A stretch of DNA of 64,000 nt, from NCBI GenBank assembly GCA_028687275.1, contig JAQUAK010000001.1, forward strand, positions 228,213 through 292,212. The letters are read 5' to 3'. Below the pieces are notes generated by a model, which searched no databases, was not told where the DNA came from, and saw nothing but the letters and a program-made list of their open reading frames with translations. Shown here piece by piece: positions 10,054-18,823 of the stretch (its first letter is position 1; the number at the start of each line of letters is the position of its first letter). The position numbers and the translations under genes were made by a program. This DNA is from Patescibacteria group bacterium (GTDB lineage: Bacteria; Patescibacteriota; Patescibacteriia; Patescibacteriales; UBA12465).

Positions 10054-11040
10054 ATGCTATACGATGTAATTACAATTGGAGGAGCAACTCGGGATATTAG
10101 TTTTTTAACGGATGAGGGAATTTTAATTGATAATCCTCGTGATTTATTGCGTCAAAAATTATTAGCCTTTGAATATGGAGCTAAATTAAAAGTTGATCAT
10201 TTTTATAATCTTTTTGGTGGTGGCGCTGCTAATGCCGCTGTTAATTTTGCTAATTCAGGTTTTAAAACAGCTTGTTTAGCGAGAGTAGGGAATGATAATA
10301 ATGGTCGTGATATTATTAATAATTTGCGTCAGCGTGGGGTGGACATACAGATGACACGTAGTGATGATAAGGCTTCGACTGGTGTTTCTTTTATTCTGGT
10401 GACTGGTAGCGGCGAAAGAATTATCTTTACTAATCGTTCGGCTAATAATGATTTAGTGATTAGAGCTGGAGAAATAAAAGCGATTAGACAGGCAAAAAAT
10501 TTATATATTGCTTCTTTGTCTGGAAATTGGCAGGCTGTCTTGCGCTCAGTCTTTAAAAACAGTTCGGCTCGTATTGCTTGGAATCCTGGTTCTTCTCAAT
10601 ATCAGGCAGGCTTAAAAAGATTAGCTCCATTTTTAAAAAAAACTGATGTTTTTTGTGTTAATAAAGATGAGGCGATTGAGCTGGTGCTCAGTGATGTCCG
10701 CTATAAGGGGAAAAAACCAGCTTTTTTAAATAATGTTAATAACTTATTGTCAGCTCTGCATGAGTTTGGCCCACGCTTAGTGTTGATTACTAGTGGCGTG
10801 GAAGGGGCCGATGTTTATGATGGAAAAAAATTCTATCATCAGGATGTTTTAAAAGAGAAAAAACGTGTAGATATCACTGGTGTAGGAGATGCTTTTAATT
10901 CATCTTTTGTGGCTGCTTTAGAATTGAGTAAGGGGGATATTAAGCAAGCATTATATGCTGGTGCTAAAAATACGGCGGCTAAAATTGCTTATTTTGGTGC
11001 CCAAAGTGGTTTGTTGGATTTGAGAAAAATAATTAAATAA
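10054..11040 (+). CDS. pfkB/ribokinase-family carbohydrate kinase
   Basis: N-terminal ITIGGATRD, GGGAANAA, C-terminal pfkB signature DITGVGDAFNSSF. Confidence 0.8.
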   Translation: MLYDVITIGGATRDISFLTDEGILIDNPRDLLRQKLLAFEYGAKLKVDHFYNLFGGGAANAAVNFANSGFKTACLARVGNDNNGRDIINNLRQRGVDIQMTRSDDKASTGVSFILVTGSGERIIFTNRSANNDLVIRAGEIKAIRQAKNLYIASLSGNWQAVLRSVFKNSSARIAWNPGSSQYQAGLKRLAPFLKKTDVFCVNKDEAIELVLSDVRYKGKKPAFLNNVNNLLSALHEFGPRLVLITSGVEGADVYDGKKFYHQDVLKEKKRVDITGVGDAFNSSFVAALELSKGDIKQALYAGAKNTAAKIAYFGAQSGLLDLRKIIK

Positions 11041-11045
11041 ATTAT

Positions 11046-11495
11046 ATGATTGAAGGAGTTATTATTAAAGAATTAAAAAAGTTTAGTGATGATCGGGGCT
11101 GGTTAACGGAGATATATCGTCGGGATGAGGTTGATTTATCACCAGCGATGTCCTATGTTAGCCTAACTTTACCTGGTGTAGCCCGTGGACCCCATGAACA
11201 TGTTTATCAGAGTGATTTTTTTATTTTCATTGGTCCCGGCACTTTTCGTTTACATCTTTGGGATAGACGTGTCGGCTCTAAAACTAAAGGTGAAAAAATA
11301 GAAATTGAAGTTGGGATTGATAATCCTTGTACAGTTTTAGTGCCACCAGGGGTAGTGCATGGCTATCAATGCATTTCTGATGAGCCGGCTTTATCAATTA
11401 ATTTTCCGGATAAGTTGTATAAGGGTATTATGAAGCAAGATGAAATTGATGAGATTCGCTGGGAACAGGATGAAAATTCTCCTTATAAAATATAA
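11046..11495 (+). CDS. dTDP-4-dehydrorhamnose 3,5-epimerase-like cupin
   Basis: F.DDRGWLTE, RGPHEH, VPPGVVHGY cupin motifs resembling the RmlC family; short (149 aa). Confidence 0.6.
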   Translation: MIEGVIIKELKKFSDDRGWLTEIYRRDEVDLSPAMSYVSLTLPGVARGPHEHVYQSDFFIFIGPGTFRLHLWDRRVGSKTKGEKIEIEVGIDNPCTVLVPPGVVHGYQCISDEPALSINFPDKLYKGIMKQDEIDEIRWEQDENSPYKI

Positions 11496-11498
11496 TTT

Positions 11499-11894
11499 AT
11501 GTGTATTTTTTGTAAAATTATTGCCGGTGAAATTCCAGCTCATAAAGTCTATGAGGATGATAAGGTTTTAGCCTTTTTAGATATTAAACCAGTTCATCCT
11601 GGACACATTTTGGTTTTGCCTAAGAAGCACGCTGCTAATATTGAGGAAGTTGAGGAAGTTGAATTATCAGCTATTATTCTTGCCGTGAAGAAAATGGGAG
11701 CCCTGCTTAAAGATAGACTTGGCTATGAGGCTTATAATATTTACCAAAATAATGGCCCAGTAGCTGGACAGACGGTGATGCATCTGCATTTTCATATAAT
11801 ACCGCGTGTTGCTAATGATAATTTAAATCATTGGCCTGTGCGTGATTATACTCCAGGTGAAGCGGAGGAAGTATTAAAAAAATTAACGGCTTAG
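11499..11894 (+). CDS. HIT-family (Hint-like) nucleotide hydrolase
   Basis: MCIFCKII start, HPGHILVLPKKH, histidine triad HLHFHIIP. Confidence 0.85.
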   Translation: MCIFCKIIAGEIPAHKVYEDDKVLAFLDIKPVHPGHILVLPKKHAANIEEVEEVELSAIILAVKKMGALLKDRLGYEAYNIYQNNGPVAGQTVMHLHFHIIPRVANDNLNHWPVRDYTPGEAEEVLKKLTA

Positions 11895-11897
11895 TTT

Positions 11898-12884
11898 ATG
11901 AAACTACTTGTTACCGGTGGGGCTGGCTTTATCGGCTCTAACTTTATTCATTATTGGTTAGCAAATCACCCTGAAGATTATATTGTTAATCTTGATGTTT
12001 TGACTTATGCGGGCAATCTGGCTAGTTTAAAAGATTTAGAAGCTAGCTCCCACTATTCTTTTGTTAAAGGTGATATTACAGACTTTGCTTTAGTTGATAG
12101 TTTATTGGGTGATATTGATGTTATTATTCACTTTGCTGCAGAAAGTCACGTTGATCGCTCTATTTTGAATAGTGCCGATTTTGTGCGTACTAATGTCGAA
12201 GGGACACGAGTTTTGTTAGATGCCGCTAAGCGTCATGGAGGTATACGTTTTCACCATGTTTCTACTGATGAAGTTTTTGGTGCTTTAACGATGGATGGCG
12301 GAAAATTTTCTGAAAAGACTCCCTACGATCCACGCTCTCCTTATAGCGCCTCCAAGGCTGCCTCCGATCATTTAGTTAGAGCTTATTTTCATACTCATAA
12401 TTTACCAATTACAATCTCTAATTGTTCCAATAATTATGGCCCTTATCAGTATCCGGAAAAGTTAATTCCTTTATTTATTACTAATTTAATTGATAATCAG
12501 CCTGTGCCCGTTTATGGGCAGGGAACAAATGTTCGTGATTGGATTCATGTTGATGATCATAATCGAGGAATTGAACTAATATTAAGCAAGGGTAGACTAG
12601 GGGAGACCTATTGTTTAGGGGGTGATAGTGAACAAAGCAATTTACAAATAACCAGAAACATACTATCTTTAATGGACAAAAGCGAGAAAATGATAGAGTA
12701 TGTAGATGATCGCCCTGGTCATGACTTGCGTTATGCGATTGATTTTAGTAAAGCCAAGCAAGAATTAGGCTGGGAACCGCAAGTTAATTTTAATGAGGGC
12801 TTAGCCAAGACAGCTACCTGGTATCAAGAGAACGAAGCTTGGTGGCGACCACTAAAAAATAGTGACACAAAGATTCATAAATAA
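11898..12884 (+). CDS. rfbB: dTDP-glucose 4,6-dehydratase
   Basis: TGGAGFIGSNF Rossmann motif, HFAAESHVDRS, YSASKAASDHLVRAY catalytic YxxxK, extended SDR fold. Confidence 0.9.
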   Translation: MKLLVTGGAGFIGSNFIHYWLANHPEDYIVNLDVLTYAGNLASLKDLEASSHYSFVKGDITDFALVDSLLGDIDVIIHFAAESHVDRSILNSADFVRTNVEGTRVLLDAAKRHGGIRFHHVSTDEVFGALTMDGGKFSEKTPYDPRSPYSASKAASDHLVRAYFHTHNLPITISNCSNNYGPYQYPEKLIPLFITNLIDNQPVPVYGQGTNVRDWIHVDDHNRGIELILSKGRLGETYCLGGDSEQSNLQITRNILSLMDKSEKMIEYVDDRPGHDLRYAIDFSKAKQELGWEPQVNFNEGLAKTATWYQENEAWWRPLKNSDTKIHK

Positions 12885-12902
12885 AATAATTAATATAAAA
12901 CT

Positions 12903-13331
12903 ATGTCTGAGCAAAAAATTTTTATTTTAGAGGACGATGTAAATATCCTTTATGGTTTAGAATCACAACTTAGTGCTGCCGATTTCGTGGTTGAATCTAG
13001 TGAAGGCGAAGAAGATATTGAAGAATTGTTGGACAATATTCGTCAGTTTGCTCCAGATTATTTAATTTTAGATTTAATTTTACCTAAACTTGACGGTTTT
13101 GATGTAATTAAAAGAATTAAAGCTGATGATGAGTTAAGTGATTTGAAAATTTTTATTTTTACAGACCTAAGCGACGAAGATAGCAAACGTCGCAGTTTAG
13201 ATATTGGTGCTGAGTATTATTTTATTAAAGAGGAGTTTGATACTTATGAATTTGCAGAAAAGGTTAGAAAAATTATTACTAATCAGGAAAAGGGATCCAA
13301 GGAGGATGGCCTAGAACTGTACGATGAATAG
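12903..13331 (+). CDS. stand-alone response-regulator receiver (CheY-like) protein
   Basis: EDD acidic pocket, phospho-acceptor D in YLILDLILP, T in IFIFTD, K in YYFIKE; no output domain. Confidence 0.8.
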   Translation: MSEQKIFILEDDVNILYGLESQLSAADFVVESSEGEEDIEELLDNIRQFAPDYLILDLILPKLDGFDVIKRIKADDELSDLKIFIFTDLSDEDSKRRSLDIGAEYYFIKEEFDTYEFAEKVRKIITNQEKGSKEDGLELYDE

Positions 13332-13408
13332 AGCCTATTATTGTTGTTTGTTAGATTTATTAATATTTCTTAACTCTGATTAATTTTTTTGTTTGATTTT
13401 TAAATTTT

Positions 13409-14416
13409 ATGTTTATTAAACGTATCGGTATCGATTTGGGAACAGCTTATACTTTAGTATATCTGCCTCGTCGCGGTATTGTTATCAATGAGCCTTCGGT
13501 GGTGGCAATTTCCATTGATGATAATAAAATATTAGCAGTGGGTAATGAGGCCAAGGATATGCTTGGGCGTACACCCGATACAATCGTGGCCGCAAGACCG
13601 CTTAAAGATGGGGTTATTGCTGATTATCGTACGACTGAAGCAATGATTCGTTATTTTATTAATAAAACTTTGGGGGGTATTCGTTTATTCCGGCCAGAGG
13701 TTATGGTGGCGGTGCCGGCAGGTATTTCTTCGACAGAACGTCGCGCGGTGATTGAAGCTACTATCGCTGCTGGCGCTAAGGCAGCTTATATTATTAAAGA
13801 GCCGATTGCGGCTGCAATTGGCGCCGATATTCCAATTGGTTCAGCTACCGGGCACATGATTATTGATATTGGTGGTGGCACTGCTGAAATGGCTGTTATT
13901 TCTTTAGGCGGAATTGTAGCCTCTACTTCAGTTAGGGTTGGCGGTAATAAATTTGATGCTGCTATTGTTGAGCATATTCGTAAAAAGTATAATTTAGCTA
14001 TCGGTGAAAGGACGGCTGAAGAAATTAAGATTAATATTGGCTCAGCTTTGTATATTGAAGATAAATTGCACATGGAAATAAGGGGCCGCGATATTGTTAC
14101 GGGCTTACCTAGAAGTATTACAGTTTCTAGTGATGATGTTACCGAAGCTATCCAAAATGAGCTAGAAGCCATTATTGCCGCCGCTAAAAAAGTATTACAA
14201 AAAACCCCACCGGAATTAGCGGCTGATATCATGGATAAGGGGATTATTATGTCTGGGGGGAGTTCTTTGTTAAGAAATATTGATCAATTAGTGTCTCGCA
14301 CCACTGGCGTGCCAGCCTATGTGGCTGACGATGCTTTGCTTTGCGTTGCTAAGGGAACAGGAATTGCTTTAGAAAATCTTGATTCCTATAAACGCAGTAT
14401 TCTGGCTACTAAATAA
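13409..14416 (+). CDS. mreB: MreB/Mbl actin homolog (copy 2)
   Basis: GIDLGTAYTLVY, GVIADY, IIDIGGGTAEMAVISLGG, MSGGSSLLRNID; more canonical-looking than copy 1. Confidence 0.9.
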   Translation: MFIKRIGIDLGTAYTLVYLPRRGIVINEPSVVAISIDDNKILAVGNEAKDMLGRTPDTIVAARPLKDGVIADYRTTEAMIRYFINKTLGGIRLFRPEVMVAVPAGISSTERRAVIEATIAAGAKAAYIIKEPIAAAIGADIPIGSATGHMIIDIGGGTAEMAVISLGGIVASTSVRVGGNKFDAAIVEHIRKKYNLAIGERTAEEIKINIGSALYIEDKLHMEIRGRDIVTGLPRSITVSSDDVTEAIQNELEAIIAAAKKVLQKTPPELAADIMDKGIIMSGGSSLLRNIDQLVSRTTGVPAYVADDALLCVAKGTGIALENLDSYKRSILATK

Positions 14417-14420
14417 ATTT

Positions 14421-15635
14421 ATGATTATTGGTATCGACGCTTCTCGCGCCAACAAATCTTTACGAACAGGAACAGAATGGTATTCCTTTTATATCATTCA
14501 GTCTTTATTGGAAATTGATCGCGATAACACTTATATTCTTTATCTCGATAGAGAGCCGGCTGTAGATTTAGCGACCGCTTTAGCGCCCTACACTAATTTT
14601 AGTTTTAAAATATTAAAATGGCCCTTAAAATACTTCTGGACACTAGGGCGTCTTAGTTGGGAAATGCTTTGGCATCGTCCACAGGTTTTATTTGTACCCG
14701 CACATTCTTTGCCCTTGGTGCGTCCTCATCGTACTATTAATACTATTCACGACATTGCTTTCATGCGTGAAGGTAATCTCTACCAGAAGAGAAAAGTGCA
14801 TCTACATAGTCGTTTTCTTAAGGTCTTATTAGGCTTTTTTGCCCGCCTACTAACGCGTTGGCATTATCAGCTTAACTCTTTGGATTATTTAAAATGGTCA
14901 ACTGTTTATTCTTTAAAACACTCACAACGGATTATTGCTGTTTCTGAGTTCACTAAACAAGAATTATTGGATACTTATAAAAAAGTTGATGCTCAGAAAA
15001 TATCAGTTGTGCATAATGGTTACCCAAAACAGATTTATCGACCCATTGAAGATAGTCAGACCAGAAGAGATTGCTTAAGTAAATATGGATTGCAAGAACC
15101 TTTTTTTCTTTATGTCGGTCGTCTAGAAAAGAAAAAGAACACTCATACTTTAGTTGAAGCCTTTGCGATTTATAAAGAATCTCACCCAGAGTCTGATTTA
15201 CAATTAGTTTTAATTGGTAATGCTGGCTATGGTTATGATGAAATTAAATACATTATAGAAGAGTATAACTTGGCGCGCGTGGTTATTATGCCTGGCTGGG
15301 TGCCAGAAGAAGAATTACCTTTTATTTTTAGCGCTGCCACTGCTTTTGTTTTTCCTACTTTGCATGAAGGTTTTGGCATCCCGGTTATTCAGGCAATGGC
15401 CTGTGCTTTACCGACTTTGATTTCAGATATTGCTGTGCTACATGAGATTGCAGGTGAGGCGACTCTATTTTTTAATCCCAACGATCTCCTTGGTTTAACT
15501 AAGGCTATGAATATAATCGCAACGGATATTGATTTACGGGAAGACTTAAAGATTAAAGGTTTGAAGCAGGCGGCTAAGTTTAGTTGGGAAAAATCAGCTC
15601 AAGAAACCTTAAGTGTTCTAACTGCTAAGAAGTAA
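14421..15635 (+). CDS. GT4-family glycosyltransferase
   Basis: Start moved to MIIGIDASR (ATG 14421, after mreB stop); C-terminal GT-B motif FPTLHEGFGIPVIQAMACALP. Confidence 0.8.
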   Translation: MIIGIDASRANKSLRTGTEWYSFYIIQSLLEIDRDNTYILYLDREPAVDLATALAPYTNFSFKILKWPLKYFWTLGRLSWEMLWHRPQVLFVPAHSLPLVRPHRTINTIHDIAFMREGNLYQKRKVHLHSRFLKVLLGFFARLLTRWHYQLNSLDYLKWSTVYSLKHSQRIIAVSEFTKQELLDTYKKVDAQKISVVHNGYPKQIYRPIEDSQTRRDCLSKYGLQEPFFLYVGRLEKKKNTHTLVEAFAIYKESHPESDLQLVLIGNAGYGYDEIKYIIEEYNLARVVIMPGWVPEEELPFIFSAATAFVFPTLHEGFGIPVIQAMACALPTLISDIAVLHEIAGEATLFFNPNDLLGLTKAMNIIATDIDLREDLKIKGLKQAAKFSWEKSAQETLSVLTAKK

Positions 15636-15664
15636 AGTCTGGCATTTATTAAAGCAATTAAATA

Positions 15665-15673
15665 TGTTATGAT
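15665..15673 (+). promoter_or_regulatory. extended -10 element TGTTATGAT upstream of S8 protease gene
   Basis: TGnTAnnAT match ending 9 nt before ATG 15683; sequence match only. Confidence 0.35.
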
Positions 15674-15682
15674 AAAGGTGTT

Positions 15683-17725
15683 ATGAAAAAATTCGTGACA
15701 TCTTTTTTAGCAATATTTTTTCTGATGGCCCCAGCTATGGGTGCTAGTTTTTTGCCAAATGACACTTTCTACGGCTATCAATGGTATTTGACACGAATTC
15801 AAGCCCCAGCGGCCTGGGAAAAAGTGAATACTAGCCCCGATATTACTATCGCCGTTATTGATGCTGGCGTTGAAATTAATCACCCCGATTTAAAGGATAA
15901 TATTTGGATTAATGTTAAAGAAATCCCTGATAACAAAATCGATGATGATGCCAATGGTTTTATTGATGATGTTAATGGTTGGGACTTTGTAGAAAATATA
16001 CCTGACCCTTCACCTAAATTTGATGAAGGTTGGACCGAGTCTGGCGTTTCTCATGGCACGACTGTGGCTGGTATTATCGCCGCTACTGGCAATAATCGTC
16101 AGGGTATAGCCGGAGTGACTTGGAGGGCTAAATTAATGCCTTTACGAGCCTTAAATGATAAGGGTGAAGGTAAGATGAGCTCTGTGGTTAGGGCTATTGA
16201 CTACGCTATTCATAATGGCGCTGATATTATTAATTTAAGTTTTGTTGGGTTTAGTTATAGTCAGGCTTTACAGGATTCCATTCAACGTGCTTATGACGCT
16301 GGCGTGATTGTAGTTGCTGCTGCTGGTAATGAACAAACAGATGGAGAGGGGTATAATAGTGATCTTAATCCAATTTATCCTGCTTGTTATGACGGTCAAA
16401 ACGGTGAGAATATGGTTATTGGTGTAGCGGCTACTGATGCCCTAGATCAGAAAGCCGATTTTTCTAGTTATGGTTTTAAATGCGTCGACATTACGGCACC
16501 GGGTCTCAGTTTTTTTGGTGCTATTACTCCTGGGGGAAATCCGCTTGATTCTGGTAAAGAATATGATGGTTTTTGGTCCGGCACTTCAATGGCAGCTCCT
16601 GTCGTTAGCGGCTCTTTAGCTTTAATTGCAGAGACAAATCCACAATTGCGTTCACGTGAAATTGTTGATATTTTATTTCAATCAGCTGATAATATTAGTC
16701 GTTTAAACCCAGATTATTTAGGGCAATTGGGTAGTGGTAGGGTAAATGTAGATCGTGCTGTTAATATTGCTAAAGAACGTTTGTATTCACGCTTAGGTAA
16801 GTTAATGTTGATTCCAAACACGCCTTCGAGCAATATTGCTAGCAGCTCTGCTTTAGAAATTAGAGATAAGAGCGGAGTTATTTTAGAGGATATAATTTTA
16901 GCTGAAGCTGCTGGCGGGCAAGGATTAGCTTCAGGAGATGTTGATGCTAATGGAGAGGATGAAATTGTGGTTGGTAGTCCGGTCGGAAGTGATCCTTATA
17001 TTAATATTTACGGACCAAAAGGTGACTTAAGAGGGCGTTTTCTAGTGTATGGTCTTAATTTTAAAGGTGGCTTTAGTGTGGCTGTAGCTGATATTAATGA
17101 CGATGGTAAGGCGGAGATAATTGTTGGTGCTGGAGCCGGTGGCGGTCCACATGTTCGCATTTTTGATCATAAGGGTATTTTGAAGGGTCAATTCTTTGCC
17201 TATGAAGATAGTTTTCGTGGTGGAGTGAATGTCGCGGCTGGTAACATTGATGGTCGTGGAGCTGCTGAAATTATTACCGCTCGTGGTCAGGGCGGAGAAC
17301 CGGAGATTAAAATATTTGATCGTCATGCTAATTTACAGGGTCAATTCTTTGCCTATGAAAGAAGCTTTAAGGGTGGCGTTCAAATAGCTATCGCTAACAC
17401 CGATGGTCGTAATGATAATAATAAAGATGAAATTATTGTTTCCCCGGGGCCAGGCAGAGAGCCTTTGATTAAAGTATTTTCTAATAAAGCGGTTTTAAAA
17501 AAATCATTCCTAGCCTATGGCCGTAACTGGCAAGGCGGAGTAAATGTAGCCTCTACTGATTTAGATAATGATGGCCGGGCTGATATTGTTACCGGCGCTA
17601 TGTCGGGGGCAGCCCCACATGTCCGTGTCTTTAGTGGTCAAGGTGAGTTAGTAGAATCATTTTACGCCTATGCCGATACTTTTATTGGTGGGGTGAAAGT
17701 AGCAGTAATAAATATTATTAATTAA
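15683..17725 (+). CDS. secreted subtilisin-like (S8) serine protease with C-terminal FG-GAP repeat region
   Basis: Signal peptide (AMGAS), catalytic D (AVIDAG), H (HGTTVAG), S (GTSMAAP); at least 5 about 60-aa repeats with D.D.DG..EI..G calcium-loop motifs (FG-GAP/VCBS-like). Confidence 0.85.
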   Translation: MKKFVTSFLAIFFLMAPAMGASFLPNDTFYGYQWYLTRIQAPAAWEKVNTSPDITIAVIDAGVEINHPDLKDNIWINVKEIPDNKIDDDANGFIDDVNGWDFVENIPDPSPKFDEGWTESGVSHGTTVAGIIAATGNNRQGIAGVTWRAKLMPLRALNDKGEGKMSSVVRAIDYAIHNGADIINLSFVGFSYSQALQDSIQRAYDAGVIVVAAAGNEQTDGEGYNSDLNPIYPACYDGQNGENMVIGVAATDALDQKADFSSYGFKCVDITAPGLSFFGAITPGGNPLDSGKEYDGFWSGTSMAAPVVSGSLALIAETNPQLRSREIVDILFQSADNISRLNPDYLGQLGSGRVNVDRAVNIAKERLYSRLGKLMLIPNTPSSNIASSSALEIRDKSGVILEDIILAEAAGGQGLASGDVDANGEDEIVVGSPVGSDPYINIYGPKGDLRGRFLVYGLNFKGGFSVAVADINDDGKAEIIVGAGAGGGPHVRIFDHKGILKGQFFAYEDSFRGGVNVAAGNIDGRGAAEIITARGQGGEPEIKIFDRHANLQGQFFAYERSFKGGVQIAIANTDGRNDNNKDEIIVSPGPGREPLIKVFSNKAVLKKSFLAYGRNWQGGVNVASTDLDNDGRADIVTGAMSGAAPHVRVFSGQGELVESFYAYADTFIGGVKVAVINIIN

Positions 17726-17729
17726 AAAT

Positions 17730-18755
17730 ATGGCTAAGCAAGTAATTTTTGAGAAAAAAAATGTCTTCGTTGCGGGCGGGGCTGGTTTTATTGGCTCTCA
17801 TCTTTGTGATGAACTTTTAAAAACTAGTAAAGTGATTTGTGTAGATAATTTTTCTAGCAGCACGGAGCTCAATATTGATCACCTGCTCTCTAACCCAGAT
17901 TTTCTTTTTATTAAACATGATTTAGCTAAACCGCTCGACTGGGTAAATTTACCTGATTTAAAAAAGTTTAAAATAGAATTTCAAGGTATTCAAGAAATAT
18001 ATAATTTAGCCTGTCCGATGTCGCCTCTTCATTTCTTAGATAATCGCTTAGGCGTATTAGAAGCAAATTCAGCCGTGGTTAAAAATTTACTAGAATTAGC
18101 AGTGGCCTTTAAGGCTAAATTTATGCATTTTTCTTCTTCAGTTATCTATGGCCCTCGTCGTCCGGAAGAAGCTGGCATTAAAGTCGATGAAAATTTTATG
18201 GGCCAGGTTGATTTACTCTCAGTGCGTAGCTCCTATGATGAAGGTAAGCGTTTTGCTGAGACCATGGTGGCTAATTATAGGGACATATATTCTTTAGACG
18301 CTAAAATAATTCGCTTATTCCGTACCTATGGGCCAAGAATGGAATTAAATGATGATCAAATGATTCCAGATATGATTAATAATGCTTTAGACGGGAAGGA
18401 TGTGGCTATTTTTGGTGATGAACGTTTTTCTTCTTCCTTCTGTTATATTGATGATGCTATTGATGCTATTGTTAAGTTTATGTCTTCTTCTTATCAGGGG
18501 CCAGTAAATGTTGGCTCAGATGTCAGTGTGAATTTAACTGACTTAGCAATGATGATTATTAAAGCAACAAATTCAGATTCAAACATAATTTATCAAGGCG
18601 GGCACATATTTTTTAGTGAGCTATCTTTACCAGATATTAAGAAGGTGAAAGATGAGTTGGGCTGGATGCCGGTTGTTACTTTGGAAAACGGTTTAAAGAA
18701 AACTATTTTTTCCTTACAAGCACAGAAGCGTTTGCATGGATTTAATAAAAGCTAA
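17730..18755 (+). CDS. NAD-dependent epimerase/dehydratase, UDP-glucuronate decarboxylase (UXS)-like
   Basis: AGGAGFIGSHLCDELL, VICVDNFSS, SSYDEGKRFAETM (YxxxK). Confidence 0.75.
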   Translation: MAKQVIFEKKNVFVAGGAGFIGSHLCDELLKTSKVICVDNFSSSTELNIDHLLSNPDFLFIKHDLAKPLDWVNLPDLKKFKIEFQGIQEIYNLACPMSPLHFLDNRLGVLEANSAVVKNLLELAVAFKAKFMHFSSSVIYGPRRPEEAGIKVDENFMGQVDLLSVRSSYDEGKRFAETMVANYRDIYSLDAKIIRLFRTYGPRMELNDDQMIPDMINNALDGKDVAIFGDERFSSSFCYIDDAIDAIVKFMSSSYQGPVNVGSDVSVNLTDLAMMIIKATNSDSNIIYQGGHIFFSELSLPDIKKVKDELGWMPVVTLENGLKKTIFSLQAQKRLHGFNKS

Positions 18756-18779
18756 GTTTAAATATATCATTTAACTTTT

Positions 18780-18812
18780 AAAAAACTAGACTTAATTAAG
18801 TCTAGTTTTTTT
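18780..18812. terminator. bidirectional intrinsic terminator between convergent genes
   Basis: Perfect palindrome CTAGACTTAATTAAGTCTAG (18786-18805) flanked by A6 and T7 runs. Confidence 0.7.
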
Positions 18813-18823
18813 GCTGCTAATTT

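Noticed and set aside
11643-11660. Tandem GAGGAAGTT x2 repeat
   Set aside because: It lies inside the HIT gene and simply encodes EEVEEV. It is not a regulatory or mobile repeat.
13786-14232. 148-aa minus-strand ORF inside the second mreB (similarly 8058-8261 inside mreB copy 1)
   Set aside because: It lies fully antisense to a strongly conserved actin-fold gene. The translation is low-complexity (A/I/S-rich) and typical of a codon-bias shadow ORF, with no start context or promoter.
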